A stretch of 63,643 bases of DNA, filler included, from Choristocarpus tenellus KU-1152 (taxonomy: Eukaryota > Protista > Phaeophyceae): assembly GCA_964200185.2 (NCBI GenBank). It is 13 parts of 13 records of this genome, joined end to end, with 100 filler letters (N's around TTAATTAATTAA, not from the genome) between each part and the next. Parts side by side here need not be neighbours in the genome. Positions count along the whole stretch, not along the records: positions 50,038 to 59,120 come from CAXNAD020004005.1; positions 59,221 to 63,643 come from CAXNAD020014613.1; 11 more parts are not named here. One strand, 5' to 3'. The notes beneath the pieces are model-generated. The model made no database searches. It was given only the letters and a program-made list of their open reading frames with translations, and was not told the origin of the DNA. Of the stretch, positions 50,300-63,515 are shown one piece after another (within the stretch, counting starts at the first letter, position 1; the number at the start of each line of letters is the position of its first letter). The translations under genes were made by a program, and so were the position numbers.

Positions 50300-51160
50300 C
50301 ATCAAAAAACGGCCATTACTTGGCCTGACATGACGCGTCTTATTGAAGTGCATGGACGGCTGGGGCTCTACAAGTGTGTGGCAGAGGAAAGTGGCTGCCC
50401 CTATGCCTATGACTGTGAGATACTGCCCTCAGCCTTCCCAACAAAGCTGGAGAAAGCCCTGGAGGGAGGAGAGAATGTCCACCTCGAGGAAATACCGAGG
50501 TGAATTCCGTCTGCAAGCAAATGCCTGCCTTCCCTCAAATATTTTCTCAGTTGCCCCAACTGCAGAGGTCTGCCCACCTCACATGACCTGCAATGCAACA
50601 AACTCAAAGACAGTCACTCACCACCCCTCCATCCAACCATGATATCAGGTGCCCCAACTGCGGCAGCCCATCCTCCCCGATGGCCCTCCTCTTTGATGAA
50701 GACTACGATAGCCACAGCTTCTACAACTTTGACAACGCCCAAATTTGGATGTCAGAGGCAGACGCCATTGTGTTTGTGGGGACATCCTTTGCGGTGACCC
50801 TCACTTGTAAGAAATGTAGGGAGTATTTAGTTTTGAGTGGCCTCTGTGGGCTGTCAAGTCTCTCCCCATTAAGTGAACCTCAGCCCCAAGTTATGGTTGT
50901 CTTCGTTTTCTTACACTTATGTGCTTTCCACTCAACACCCAACAACCCCTTTGATACTACCCTCCTATTCCTGCCATGTTGTGTGTGTCCCCTGCTTTCA
51001 ATACTGTACCGAAAAGCCTTAGCTGTAAAGGAGGCCAAGCGAAGGAAGATACCAGTTTTTGACTTCAATATATCTGCCTCCTTATCTTCCTCAAAGACCC
51101 TGCTTGCCAAGACTGTTGTTGGCCCTGCAGAGGAAACACTGCCAGAGCTTGCGGCTCGGG
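50300..51160 (+). CDS. Sir2/sirtuin NAD-dependent deacylase domain (N-terminal half of a fusion gene; 5' exons missing)
   Basis: Exons 50300-50499 (HQKT...RLIEVHGRLGLYKC...GC...EIPR), 50649-50806 (CPNCG..PMALLFDE...ADAIVFVGTSFAV) and from 51017 (LAVKEAKRRKIPVFDFN...GPAEETLPEL). The catalytic HG, four zinc Cys, LFxE and GTS motifs are all in the expected order. Confidence 0.9.
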
Positions 51161-51534
51161 CGGGGTCAACAGTGAGCCCCTTCAAAGGGGGAAAAGCAAC
51201 AGAGTCAGTGATGACAGCATCAGTATCTGTCTGCACTAAATCAGTCGGTGGGGTGGGGTGTGGTGAGGATGGAATGGAAGGGACTCGTACTGTCAGTGAG
51301 AATGGAGAAAGGAATTGTATCAGTGAGTCAGAGGGAGAGGGTGCGGGCAAGAGGCCCGGAAAAACATGTGTGGATAAATTGTTGCCAGGATCCACCAAGT
51401 TCATGAGAACCTCAGACTGGAGTGCTGTTCCAGAGGTCATTGAGCCCATGGAGCACAGTGGCACAGATGGAGGTGATTCAGAGGGAGAAATAGGGCAGGA
51501 GGCAGGAGGAGGAAGAACTGCAGGAAATGAGGGG

Positions 51535-54500
51535 ATGGGATTCACACTGGACCCCATCCTGACTTGCCCTTTGAGCCAGACGCAGGTGCAAGTGGAGCTC
51601 TCTGAGGCGTTCCTACGAAAGATATACCCAGATGGGCAGGTGCAGTGGAATGGACTTCTCCAAACGTTGTAGGAAGAGGTTGGGTGAAAATGAAATCTTG
51701 AGGGTGATGCAGTGAGCACATTTTTCATGAGGAACTGGGAAATCGCCGCCTCACACACTGATTCGTCTTGTGGAAGAGCCTCCTCAGTTTACTAAAGGCG
51801 TGTATTGGCTCATGCATGATAGGTTTTTGGTTATCAACCGTTGTGAATTTCATTCTTGTTCATATTGGTATAATATCCAGTCTGTGGATACGTCCACACA
51901 CACACACACACACACACACAACCATCAAGAATAGGTACCTGTGTCATTAACCCCACCCCCACTTCAACAATTTTGCTTCTCATCACCACACCCCATCACC
52001 ATTACCATTTCCAGGCCTTGCCTTCCTTAACCCTGGCTGCTGCTCTACATCAACCTGCTAATTCCTCAACCAACCATCCTGTCAGGTTGAGGACCAAATT
52101 GAAACCCTGTGGCAGGAACAGCTCTCCAAAAACCCCTCCATATTCAATGCCTCCAAGTTCCGACTTGCGGGATACTCCTACTCCGCAGTGAGAACCGCCG
52201 CTCCCACTTCCACCCCTGCCCCCGCTTCAGTTCTGGCATCCGATTGCAATGATCAGGACACTCCAGTCCTTTCCCATCCCGAGGGACACTTCCCTCCTGA
52301 AACAGAAAAGGGCAGCGGCAATGCTCATGAGGGGTCTAGCTTGCTGACACTTCATCTCGGTCTCACAGACTACCGATCCTTCCGTGGAACGAACTGGTCC
52401 CCCAATGGTCACCAACTTGCTCTCGATGGAACTCGGGACTACTCGGACCCCGGAGCGTACCTGTCAAACAAACTGGGGGTCTCAGCCCTGGTGGAGACTG
52501 CTGACAGGTTCTTGCTGGCACTGAGAAGGAGTGGGATGGTAGCAGAGGGGCAAGGGCTGATTGGAGCACCAGGTGGCCACCCAGAACCCGAGGCAAGAGG
52601 GACTTTTCCTTGGGGAGGAGAGGGGAAAGATTGTAAGAGCCAAAGCGTGTAAAAGGGTAGGTTTCTTGCGTTAAAACAGTTGTCTGTAGTGTATATGACT
52701 GTGAAACATGTGTCCGGAGCAAGGATATTGACACTTGGTAATGAGCACCGTAGCCAAAATTCATCAAAATCGCATCGTTGGATTTTGGATCCCAAATGGA
52801 CTGGACCCTACCCTCTTAAATGCTTTGGGTCTAACCTGGTCATGGGCGACACAGTAAAAGGGGGGGAGGGGAAGGGCTTTTGTGGAAAGGGGAGCAATCA
52901 TGCACCTAGTGCCTATTTAATTTTTTCCGCAATTTTTTTTCTTTGTAATATTTTCCTTTTCCTGCCCAGCTCTGTTCTTCCTGTTGCCAGCCCGGATTGC
53001 TACTATTGGAGGGCCTGAGTGAGGATGGTTTTGTGTGGGAGTGGTATAGTGTCACTGCTGGTGTAGATTGCAGCGAGTAGCACTTTTTTAGATTGGATCA
53101 ACACACCAGTGTGCTGTGCCAAACCTCCTTGCCATGTTGCTGGCTGCTCATGTACCGTAAAAGCACTGCCTCTACTTCAGTAAAGTGTAGCTGCTCGACT
53201 GTACCCACCCTCTCCTAACCCCTTACCATAATTTGTGATGCCTCCCTCGTCATTGACAAAGACACTTAAGCTCCAAGTGTAGTTAGACTAAGGATCCTCC
53301 CCGCCCGTTCTCTTAACCCTTGTGTATTGAAAAACTGTCGTCATGAGAAGAACATCCTCCCCTCCCCCCACCCCCCTACCTACCCATCGTTCCATTGGTA
53401 ATGCATGTCCTATTATTAATGTTGTATGTACATACATCTGCTTGTGAAATAAATGACCTGAAGAACAGAAGCTAGGATTGTCCCCTTCAATCCTTAGAGG
53501 ACTGTCAAGAAAAGAGGGTGAGGGGGGAGAGGACCGCCGTCGCCTGGAGGCAGAGGCGGTAAGGGAACTGTTTGAAAGTGCCAGGCAGGAGGCAGTTGAT
53601 GAGACCAACGTGACCCCTTCTGAACTCTCAGAGCCACTGCTGATGGGGATCACCCGTCAATGCAATAGCAATGGAACTCCGACTGCAGGTGACACAGTGC
53701 GGGGAGGAGGGGAAGGGAACAGGAGGATACCTGTCACTTGAGGCTGTTTTTGCGTTCAAGGGTCCAAGTTTAGGCACCAGAAACACTAAACTTGTCTTGT
53801 GTGCACCCAGTCCCTCTGGAAGGTTTCAGGTTAGGAATGTTGCCCAAGGGTTGTGAAATGTCGATGTTATGTGGTTGAGCAGGTGGCCGAGATAGAGGTT
53901 GTAGAGACGTTTGGATGTTCAAGCATCTGAAGGTAATCTAGGGTTTGTGAACAATGCCTGTTTGTGAGGATCGGAGGGAGTTTAGTTCGATTTTGACCAA
54001 AATGGCCCCAGCCTTAGTTTGTTTTGACTAGTCCTGTCCTTCATCGCTGTTGAATATTGCAATACACCTGTACCACTGGACCCCCTTTCCTCTCACTCTT
54101 CCTTTTTCCTGCCGCTGCAGGGAGTCAGCTAAGAGGTTCTTTCAGGATTTGAACCCACAAACCTCTGATCTTGTCAAATATTTAGATACCACCCCACAGC
54201 GCAAGACAATCTTTTTGCATGATGAACCACCCCAGTGGTGGAGCAGTATCTCGACATTTGATACTCGCCTTCTGATCAATATCACGGTCCAATGATGACT
54301 GAGCCCTCGGACAACCTACTCTACCGAACAACCTGCTTTTCAGTCTGAGACGGGTTAGCACCAACCCCATCGTAACATCACACAAAAACGCCACTCCAAG
54401 GCGTGTGCGATGACTCTTCCAGCTACCAGTGGCAAAAAGCCCCCAACATTGCCTTCATTCTATCTGCCCCCCAAAATCTCAACCATCTTACCCTGTGGCA

Positions 54501-54879
54501 CTCTCCCTTGAGCCTCCCAGAAAGTTGTGTGCCGTGCCAATGCTCATCTCTGGCGCTTTGATTACATTTTTTTGCTGCATCCTCTGCCGTTGTCTCAGCT
54601 TTCCTCATGCAGTGCTCGCTGGGATCTGTCGAGGTGCATGGTCTGTACAAGCGTGGTGCCAAGGAAGCCTTTGAGAGCACTTCACTCCACACCCTTCCCA
54701 GCTCCGAGCTCCTAGCCGAGGGACTGGCGTGGTTCACCCGTCAAAATGTGGAAGCCACCCCAGCACTGAAGGGTGCTGTGGAGCTATGGAGGAGGCACTG
54801 CCTGGAGCCGGTGCAGCCTGCTCTCCAACCAAATTGCGTTGCGGGAGGAGCCAACGGAATGGGACTGAGGCAAAACTAG
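51535..54879 (+). CDS. NUDT22: NUDT22-like Nudix hydrolase domain (C-terminal half of the same fusion gene)
   Basis: End of exon 51017-51639, then exons 52086-52592 (IETLWQEQLSKNPSIFNASKFRL...LHLGLTDYRSFRGTNW...LGVSALVETAD...LRRS...PGGHPEPE), 53469-53688 (RELFESARQEAVDETNV...LSEPLLMGI) and 54599-54879 (AFLMQCS...LY...EAFESTSL...TPALKGAVEL...stop). All phases match. Confidence 0.9.
52637..52831 (-). mobile_element. Shorter, diverged family A-related MITE inside a Nudix intron
   Basis: GAGCCAAAGCGTGTAAAAGGGTAG ... CTACCCTCTTAAATGCTTTGGGTC; shares the CAAGGATATTGACAC and GCCAAAATT.CATCAAAATCGCA body motifs. Confidence 0.7.
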
Positions 54880-57552
54880 TGTCTTTACTTCTTCTTCTTG
54901 TCTGTAGTAGACTTAGGGTTAGGGTTGGTGGCTGTGTATGTTCCTGTGCTGTGAAGTAGGGGGGGGAGGGGCTTGTTTGTTTGTGGAAAGGTGGGTAATG
55001 GCTAGAGGAGGAAATATATGTGAGTGAGTGCTTCTTATATGTACCACTGTAGCAGTAGGAAAATGCTGCGAAGGTGTATTATCATGGTGCTCTTTGCAGC
55101 GCAATCGTTTTTTTTATGTTTTTGGTGTCAGATTGTTTCTTCCTGTGTCGTTTTTTTAAGAACATAAAAACACTTTTTGCTGTATTTATTGAAGGCGGTT
55201 TTTGATAGGGAGGAGAGAACACATGTAGCCATATAGTTTGGTCTGCGTTTGTTTTGCTTGTTTTGTTTTTAATGGAGGTAGGGAAAGCTGAAGAGTGGCA
55301 CTTGTTCGTGTCAAAATAGTACAAATAAATTGGATGTCTGTGTAGCTTGTTTTGGGGGTGTGTGTGTTGCGTGTGTGTCATTTAGTGATCATGTAAGAGA
55401 GCCCATTTTACTCAAGCGAAGAGGTGAAGTGCTGGAGATGGTGAAGTAGGCTGTCCAATAGTTGCAGGTTTGTGGGTGATTGAAGAGTCGAATAGTGGGG
55501 ATGGTGAAAGGAAGTTTGGGTTTGGGTTACCTATGTGTTTCCTGTCTGTATTTCCCCTTTGGTAGGATGGGATAGGTTTTTTGTTAGGTTGATAAGGGAA
55601 TCTCAGTCTGTGGATTCTGAAATCCGATCACTCGGATGTTTGAGCCTTGAGTAACCTTTTGTGTTTTGCTTTGGGGCAGGGAGAGGAGGAGGTGGCATTT
55701 CAGATCCGTGTGTGTTGTTATGTGTCATAGCTGACAACGCAGCAGGAGCCTGAAATGCGTGAAAGTGTCTCTCACTGTCACTGTTTGAAAACTGTTGATG
55801 GGTGGGGTATGCTTGACCAACAGTTGGTGAATCCGGGCGGGAAGGTCATCTTGCTGTTGCAAGTGTCAACAGGTACTCATATTTTTGCATTGCTTTTGTT
55901 GGTGTATTAAATAAGTTTGGTTATTTCCGGGGAGATACACGTTTGAGAGAAGCAACTAGCTGGCAGAAGACGCCTGTGCTGTGGCGTGTGCAGTTGTGGA
56001 TAGATGTATGGATGAGTGAGATGGTTAAAAACCGGAAGGTAGTTAAGTTGGTCGTTAGTACAGAGCTCTTGCTCCAGGTGATATGTTTTTCCTCTTGTGG
56101 GAGAGTGATGTTGTTGATGTGCCGGAGTGGTTCATTGATAGATAGGAATATAAAAACGAAATGAGATGCAGGGGAACCTGAAGCTGGATGGTGTTACAAT
56201 ATCATTCCTTCCTCTGTTTTTGCTTGTTCAGTTTTCTCTCCTCTCGCTGTAGCCTCCACCCCCTTGCCCACTCAGTCCAATGCACTGACTAAGATAAAAA
56301 GTAAACTTCGTGCACACCGGCTCACAATCTTCTGAAGCATTTTTCACTAGTGTTACTCAAAGACGTATACTTATTGGGTATAAAGCAGCTACGTTGGCAT
56401 GGACTCCCTCTTTCATTGCTGAGGTAGTCAAATGTAGCTGGTTGGTGCGAGGTTTAAATTGTTCTTTGCTCTCTTAGGCTGTGAGCAACGTTAGACTATT
56501 CTCCTCCATCTAATCTGTTTCGTCCACAAACAAACAGCTTCCTATCCCTCTCAGATCTCCACTTTTCAAGCAATGGTGCCTTGGCTTTTTTTGCGTGAGT
56601 GTGCTTTTCCCACATAAGGTTTGTGGGTGTGACCGTGTTTAGGTTTTTATCACTTTGCAGCAGGGAGTAGTATGTCCCTAATTTGAGCTCTTTCTGCCAG
56701 CCAGAGGAGTGAAGGGGATGATGATCCAATATATTGTACAGTGCTGCGTATACTAACTCTGTTAAGAAAACCTGGACATTTTATTACAGCATAGGAGCGC
56801 TAACGTACAGTACACAACAACAATAATATCTTGAGGAGGGAGCAGGTCCCACTGAAAATAGGCCAGCACTGAACCTATGCCCTGTTAACGATGTAGGAGA
56901 TGAGCCTTGGTTGGGGGTCATCTCTTGTTCCATCAGAGTGCATTGCGATACACTCCAGGATATGTAGCAATGGTCAATCGAACCTCCTACTACACTTCCT
57001 CACTATCCTTTTGTCAAGAGAGGCTGACCGCCTCGTCCTGCACTTTGTTGTACGTCATTGAATGTAGCAAGAATTTGCAAGTATAAAAAATACACTGTAT
57101 AGTTCAGATTAGTAGTAGTAGTAGTGGCAGTCATGTGTTCCGATACCGTTTACAGTTTTGTTCTCGTGGGGGTGCACTCTACCTTCTATGCCCAAATTAT
57201 TATTGGGTCAGGAGAGGTATGCAATAATATCAATATGAAATGAACGCTTATGCCAAGGAGGGTTGAAGCTTTGTATGCAAGGATGTACTAACTCCAGTGA
57301 ACGGGAAATATATCCCGATCAAAGAAAAAAACGCAGGGGAATAACTCCGTCGCAATTTTGATGGTCACAACCTCAAAAGGTACAAAAATGAAGTGGTTGA
57401 CTGAATTCCCCGCAAAAAACTGGTCTGCGGTAGGCCCTGCCAATATACGGTGCGTTTGGTCCTACCGAAAAAAAATGCAAGATTCTCGGACATCTTTTTA
57501 ACGCCTTTTGTAGACTTTCTGTGAACACACACACAGGTGACCCACACAGCAA

Positions 57553-58260
57553 TATGGACCACAACGGTGAGAAAAGGAAAGCCACCGAGGCCACTCCACC
57601 CCCTGGATCTACCCTCGGCACCTTCTCTGTCGAGAGGCGACAGAAAAATAAGTACCGTGTGAGACTCAGTGCGATGTTAGGTGACGAAAAAGTGCGTGTA
57701 ATGTGGCGCAGCAGCATGATCAAATCGCGAAATGGACCACGCAACCGCGACATTGACGCTGAGAGAAGATGCATTGAAATCATTACCACATAAACGTGGT
57801 TGGATCTTCAACCGACACGGAGCACTACTGGGCAGTCTCTGCCACCTCAGGAGAGCAGGAAGAGAGCGGCAGGTGCATCATCAGGTGCTATAGTGACGAA
57901 GTCTGTGGGGAAGCCTGGTCCTGGCGGGCGAAGGGAGAACCAGGGTGGCCGGCCGAAGGGAAGATTGGGGAGGAGAGCAGTGCGACTGTGTGCCATTGCG
58001 CTCAGGAAACGCCTAAGCCAGAACCCGGGGGTAGAATATCGTAGTAATTGACGAAAAAGATACGCGATGGTCACAGAGAAAACTGTGAATAGATGGGAGC
58101 GAAAACTATGGGTAGATGGGAAAAAGACTTCCTAGCTAAGGACCACATCAAGGTGTCGGAGCAAGGGCGCTATGAGAGGCGTTTCGTTCTGGGCCTCGAC
58201 GAGGACATCCTTGCCGAGGTCAAAGAGTGGGTGCGCTAACACACAGGATGAAAGAAAGGG
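57553..58260 (+). mobile_element. N-terminal part of a Tc1-like transposase pseudogene
   Basis: Broken frame ending TVNRWE...SEQGRYERRFVLGLDEDILAEVKEWVR, like the S..G.H....L.DED......WLR motif upstream of the DDE core in the clade seen at 39945-40790. Confidence 0.55.
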
Positions 58261-59084
58261 TGTGCAGGCTTTTTTCCCACCTAAACCCTATACTTCAGTC
58301 AAGTAATAGTGCATCTGTTGCGACTCTTGGTGACCAACAATCCAGGGTTCGAACCCCAATGTGAGCGCTCTTTCTGCAAAAAAAGAAAAAAATGGCGAAA
58401 GAAAAACGAAACCCGTAATCTGGGCGGCCTTGTGACGGTCATCACAATTATGCTTTTATTTTTTAAATCCGATTTCTTCATGAAAGTTACGATGGGACAA
58501 CCCCATGTACCACTATAACCAAGGAGTCAGTTGCTTGACCACAGGGTCCCCATGTCATTTTTTTTTACAACTTTTTTTTGGTGATAAGCAAATACAGTCT
58601 TCATATATATGTAGTAGGAATATTTTCTGACTCTTAATTACAATACTTTTGCTTACCACCTTGGATTTTTCCAAGTAAATAATGAGATACCACGATGATA
58701 TTCGTTCTATCAATGGGAGACTTGGCTCAAGGAGAAAGGGGAAGATTGAGATGGCCACTTGGGAAGTGGATGCGACTACTACTTCCGAAAACATTATTAG
58801 TAGTAGTGGGACGATGACCCATGTTGCTCCACATGAACGAGCTAATATTTGACAAAATAGAGCCAACAGTGTTACCCAGCTTAATCTGTGACCGATCATC
58901 ACACAAGTCATGGAACTTACATGTATGTCCTGGTGGAACGGTCTCAATACTTGACACTTTCTTTGTGCCAGTACATGTTCACTATTACAACTATTTTTGC
59001 TTTCTATGCAGTAGTAGTAGTAGTAATGGTCAAGCTCGCGCTAAGCGTGTCATAGCGCACATTTTCTTGAAGAGGGATCAAGGT

Positions 59085-59120
59085 GGGTCAAAGTATCTGG
59101 GGGGGGGGGGGGGGGGGGGG
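59085..59120. mobile_element. MITE family B terminus at contig end
   Basis: GGGTCAAAGTATCT followed by a poly-G run. Confidence 0.75.
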
Positions 59121-59320
59121 NNNNNNNNNNNNNNNNNNNNNNNNNNNNNNNNNNNNNNNNNNNNTTAATTAATTAANNNNNNNNNNNNNNNNNNNNNNNN
59201 NNNNNNNNNNNNNNNNNNNNAAAAAACACACGCAAGCCTCCAGCAATATATGAACATCCTACTTCCATCCCCCCCCCTTGCCCCCCCCCCCGTCCCTCTA
59301 CCCCTCCATGGCATTCCCAC

Positions 59321-59468
59321 CTGGAAAAACCCACTGGATCCCGGAGCCAGCGCCTCCACCTCAAAGGAAGCTGGGTGAAACTGCTGATTGTCCGAGGTCA
59401 CCGAAAATACTTCCACCCATCCGGTTTCATGTCCTTTCTCCCCCTCAGGGAAATTATGGGGATCATTC
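59321..59468 (-). CDS. Internal exon, possibly fibronectin type III-like
   Basis: Polypyrimidine-CAG acceptor and GTGGGA donor; GWVEVFSVTSD...FEVEALAPGSSGFFQ resembles the FN3 V..L.PG..Y.F.V segment. Confidence 0.45.
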
Positions 59469-62400
59469 CTGAAAAAAACAAAACACACACACACACATAC
59501 ACAGAGGTACACAAATATTTTTGAAAAGGCATATATATATATGTATGTTGTAAACATTTGAACATGTTTTGATCAAGAATATACTGATAAATTGATTGAA
59601 CACAATGAATGGGCGGATGGATGGAGGGTGGGAGAAGAGATACACCATGACAAAGGCAGCATAATACAGTGGACAAAGACTACACACACTGCTGTAGAGA
59701 TAGAAAAGGTCACAGGAACACCAAGGGATCCAAAACATTAAACTTAAGTGTACATTGGGATGTAGCCCCTATGAAGCACGATACCATCAGCAAAAAAAAG
59801 AAAACCTTTTTTTTGTTTTATTTCCTTTTGAATTGTCGCCGTTTCAATCAGTTGTACAACAAGGAGAGGATTGACCTAACACTTCCCCTAGTATACATAG
59901 AAACATATATATATATATATACTACCAAATATTTCTATTGTAGATACAGCAACTGAAACAACAAATACCATAATTTATGGGCAGTGTACAAAGGCCCTTT
60001 TGCAATCGGAGCGAATCTCTATCTAGTCCCCCACAAGATCTGCACCACACGTAAAGAGCACAGGGACGACTCGGGAGCATTTGAAATAGCACCCAAACTC
60101 ACACAATGCAACGGTGGTTAGTTAATGCAAAGCACAACCCTTCGATATCTTTTGAGCTGCTAATCAATAAACAACCGAAGTCAAACAAAAACCAGTCCAA
60201 GCTTACTTAGGGTACGCACAAATATGTTGGACCTTTACAACATGGTGCAAAAAAAAGTAGAACCCGCGTACACCGTGTTGGTGCAGCACGTTAATCCACA
60301 AAGAAGGAACATGCGTGGCTTGATTGGAGGAATATGATGCCCACCGCTGAGGATACAAGTTCAGGATTAACAAAGGCCTTTGTTGTCCACTTTGAGTAAG
60401 GTTTTCAGGCGAGTGGACGGGAACCAACATATACTTGAGGGAAAATAATACCGTGACGCAGAGAGCAGAAGCCCAGCAAAGCAAGGCGTAAGTTAATGCC
60501 ACATTAATAGGAGATGCTCACCTTCCAAGGTTTCTATGCACTGGTAATAAAAAAAAGGCAAAAACAAGCGTTGTATCTGACCAGCTGGCTGGTGTCTGCT
60601 GGCAGCACAACCCTGTTTGCACCACAAAAGCTTGGAACTAGCAGAGACATTTTCGCCAGATTTCTACTTTGAGGTCATGTTGGGAAAGACAACTATTGCA
60701 CGACAGAGATAACCGACTCTTGTACAAGTGGTACTTCAATTGTAATGTGTTGCAAGGCAATGGAGCAAACAAAATTTAGAAAGTGTTCGCACGGCTTGGT
60801 TCCATCCTATCACTTTCTCTCCCCACCAAAGATCCCACTTTATGACCAATGCAACAAATGCATTGTGTGTTAAAAGAGTCCAAAGTGTGTGCATGAGGTG
60901 TGTGGACAAGAGGGGGGGGGGAGGGGGCTCTTGTCCACGTCCACCAAGAATCCTTCCCATGCTCTCCTCAACGGTTGACAAACTCTTTCAGTAGCTTCCC
61001 CCATCAAGGAATTTCTTCAGAACTCAGAATTAAAACACGAGAGACTCTCTCAATTAAAAATACGAAAATTAAAAAGACAATACTCCAGTGTCCAGACAGG
61101 ATTGGTTGGTTTTTCAGGTGCGCACCTGTTGTGGATAATCACCGACTGCACCTGCGCTGTGCATACAGGCCTATCCTTGAAAACCAGCATCCGGGGCTCC
61201 AGCGAAACCGTGTGAACCGGGCATTGCACAGATGATCCAACTTGGCCTGCACCCTCGTGTCCAGGTGTCCCCATCAGCGAGTCTACCTGTAGAGGACATT
61301 GGTGGGAAGCGACCCTACTTACACTGCACTGTCCTTGCCGAGGTTGCACCCCAAAATCAGTTTCAGAACATTTATCATTCTCGTGGTATTGGACCTGTGA
61401 TGGTGTTCGGTGCGCACGCGCCTTGGCACTGCTGTCTACAACAAGTGCGTTCGGGGAAGAACTGGGGTCGCCCACCAGCTCTGTGACTTTCCGGTCGGAG
61501 GTCTCGGCCAGAAGAAAGGCAGGCTTCACCGAGAGTTCTCCTTGAAACCCCTCCTCCCTGGGAATTTCGCTCGGTGTAAGGGGAGGATCCCTGGTGTCCA
61601 CCACCTCAGCCTGCAACACCAGGACATCGGGAATTGGGCCGAGAGTTCATCTAAATGGTAACAAGGCATAGTCATACCACTGTGATTGTATCAAAAGCTT
61701 ACACCATTGATAGAAGCAAGTAGATTGAGCACACATTGCTTTCCAGATCAACCTTGAGATCATGAGATGTCCGACCCTATCCACCTAACCAAGGAAAGAT
61801 TTCCAGGTGCCTCTAGAGAATTGCTGGAACGCTATCGCAGTAAACTATCCACATAGAAGGCCTCCCCACATCTTTAGGTCACCTTCAGGAAGTCCACAAA
61901 AGGTTCTAGTCTGTTCACCCGCTCGATGTCGGGAACGAAAGGCTGACCATTTCCAGACCTTGACGTCTCCACTAACGAGGCTGACCATAGGAACAAGGTC
62001 ACCCCAAAACGAAGACATCTAGAGGATTCTGGCCACCACCAGTTTGATATTGAACTACTCTTCGCCATGGAAACTTGTCAAACAGAGTTACGAGACAACT
62101 CTGAGCAACCTCCCACCTACACCCAACCAAAAAAATCAGCTCTCACGTCGTATGTTTGACACTTGCAAGATGAGAGGCAGTTGGAAACCGAGATCAAAGT
62201 ATGTAAAGGTTTCTCTAGCGTGCTAATAGCAGATGCAAGGTACACTACAATAGATGAGGAAAGGGTTCGGCCCCTCCCTCCCCCGCCCCTGGTCTGACCT
62301 ATCTCTTATCTTTGATTTATAAGAGGAGGTGGCCGCACTTATTGGGGCCCTAATGCTTTAGGGTTATGGCTCGGACTGTTTTTTTGATTAGATAATCATA

Positions 62401-63515
62401 TTTCAGATTTGGATCCTCCCGTTTCGTTTCTGAAGTTCTGGTTTGGTGTGATAGATAGACTATCCCAAAGCATCGGCATTGAATTCTAGTGTCGGCAATC
62501 ATCTTTTTGACGTTGAGTGGGGATTTCTTTTCAGGTGAATTACGGGTCGGTGGAGAGAAATTTATCTACTATTATTCCATCGTCTATATTGAGGAGGCCG
62601 AGGGGAGTCGACAGAACCCAGACCCTGTCGTGTATCTTTCGCCCAAACGAAAGATACAATCCATCGCCCGAAAAATTGAATCACCTCAGTGAAGGAAGGG
62701 TGACGAGGATAAGAAGAGGTCAATGAAGCTCAAGCGGTTCTTGCTGAGGTACTACCCACCAGGCAAGCATTTGGTCCTGATATGTGTAAATTGCCAAAAT
62801 GCGAAAACTTTAATCTTGGTGGCTACCTTTTTGCTCACACTAATGTCAGTGGTGACAGACTCAAGTAACTACAAATATTACCCTTGTTTTTGATAGCCCA
62901 GAGGATACCCAACCCTCGGGCATAGCTGCCCGACCCAATTCATCATCGTAAGGTGGAGGGGGTAAGTACTGCTCGCTGACATGGATCATCGTAGCGTGGA
63001 ACACAAACAAATGCTTACATCAACCAACTCGTTACATCGATTGTGTTACTCCACATCAGGTATCATTCTCGAGTATGAGCTGCGAGATAAGACTCGGGAG
63101 ATGAAGGAGATAGATCTCCTACACCTCACACCTGAGTGAGTAGTTGATAGCTCTATTTCGTTATCTTGTTGCTAAAACACAAAGTCGAGATTAGTTCTGG
63201 GGTACACCAGATCAACCAAGTATCATGCAGGACTTGGAAAATCCTTCCTTTCAGAGCCAATATTGATCAAAGGCCAGAGCTTAATCCAGGGTAGGAGAAC
63301 GAGCCCTACCTAGCTGTTATCAACTTTTTGCTATTCAATCAAAGGAGCTACACCTTCTCCGTTTTTTGTGCCCTGGTAGATACACCCCAACCTGAAGAGA
63401 GATAACTCTTCCTTAGGGATAGTGGACAGCAGGAATCCCTAAGGTCAGCAATATCTGAAATCATAGCAACTGTCACATATCAATTTTCCTCCCACGATTC
63501 CTGGGGGAAACACAG

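Noticed and set aside
50593-51016. 359-aa ORF taken as one continuous protein
   Set aside because: 50593-50648 and 50807-51016 are introns that happen to be open; the sirtuin motifs join properly only after splicing.
50880-51758. 292-aa minus-strand ORF
   Set aside because: Antisense shadow of the sirtuin-linker exon with no independent motif.
58300-58372. tRNA-like segment with GGTTCGAACCC (box B / T-loop)
   Set aside because: No complete cloverleaf or clear box A could be built; at most a tRNA-derived fragment.
5292-59220. Regularly recurring TTAATTAATTAA palindrome in N runs
   Set aside because: Artificial contig linker with six-frame stops; not a CRISPR repeat or biological motif. ORFs ending in X...LIN are artefacts.
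61050-61661. Overlapping ORFs possibly from a DIRS/LTR element or a host exon
   Set aside because: No RT, RNase H, recombinase or other motif recognised; left uncalled.
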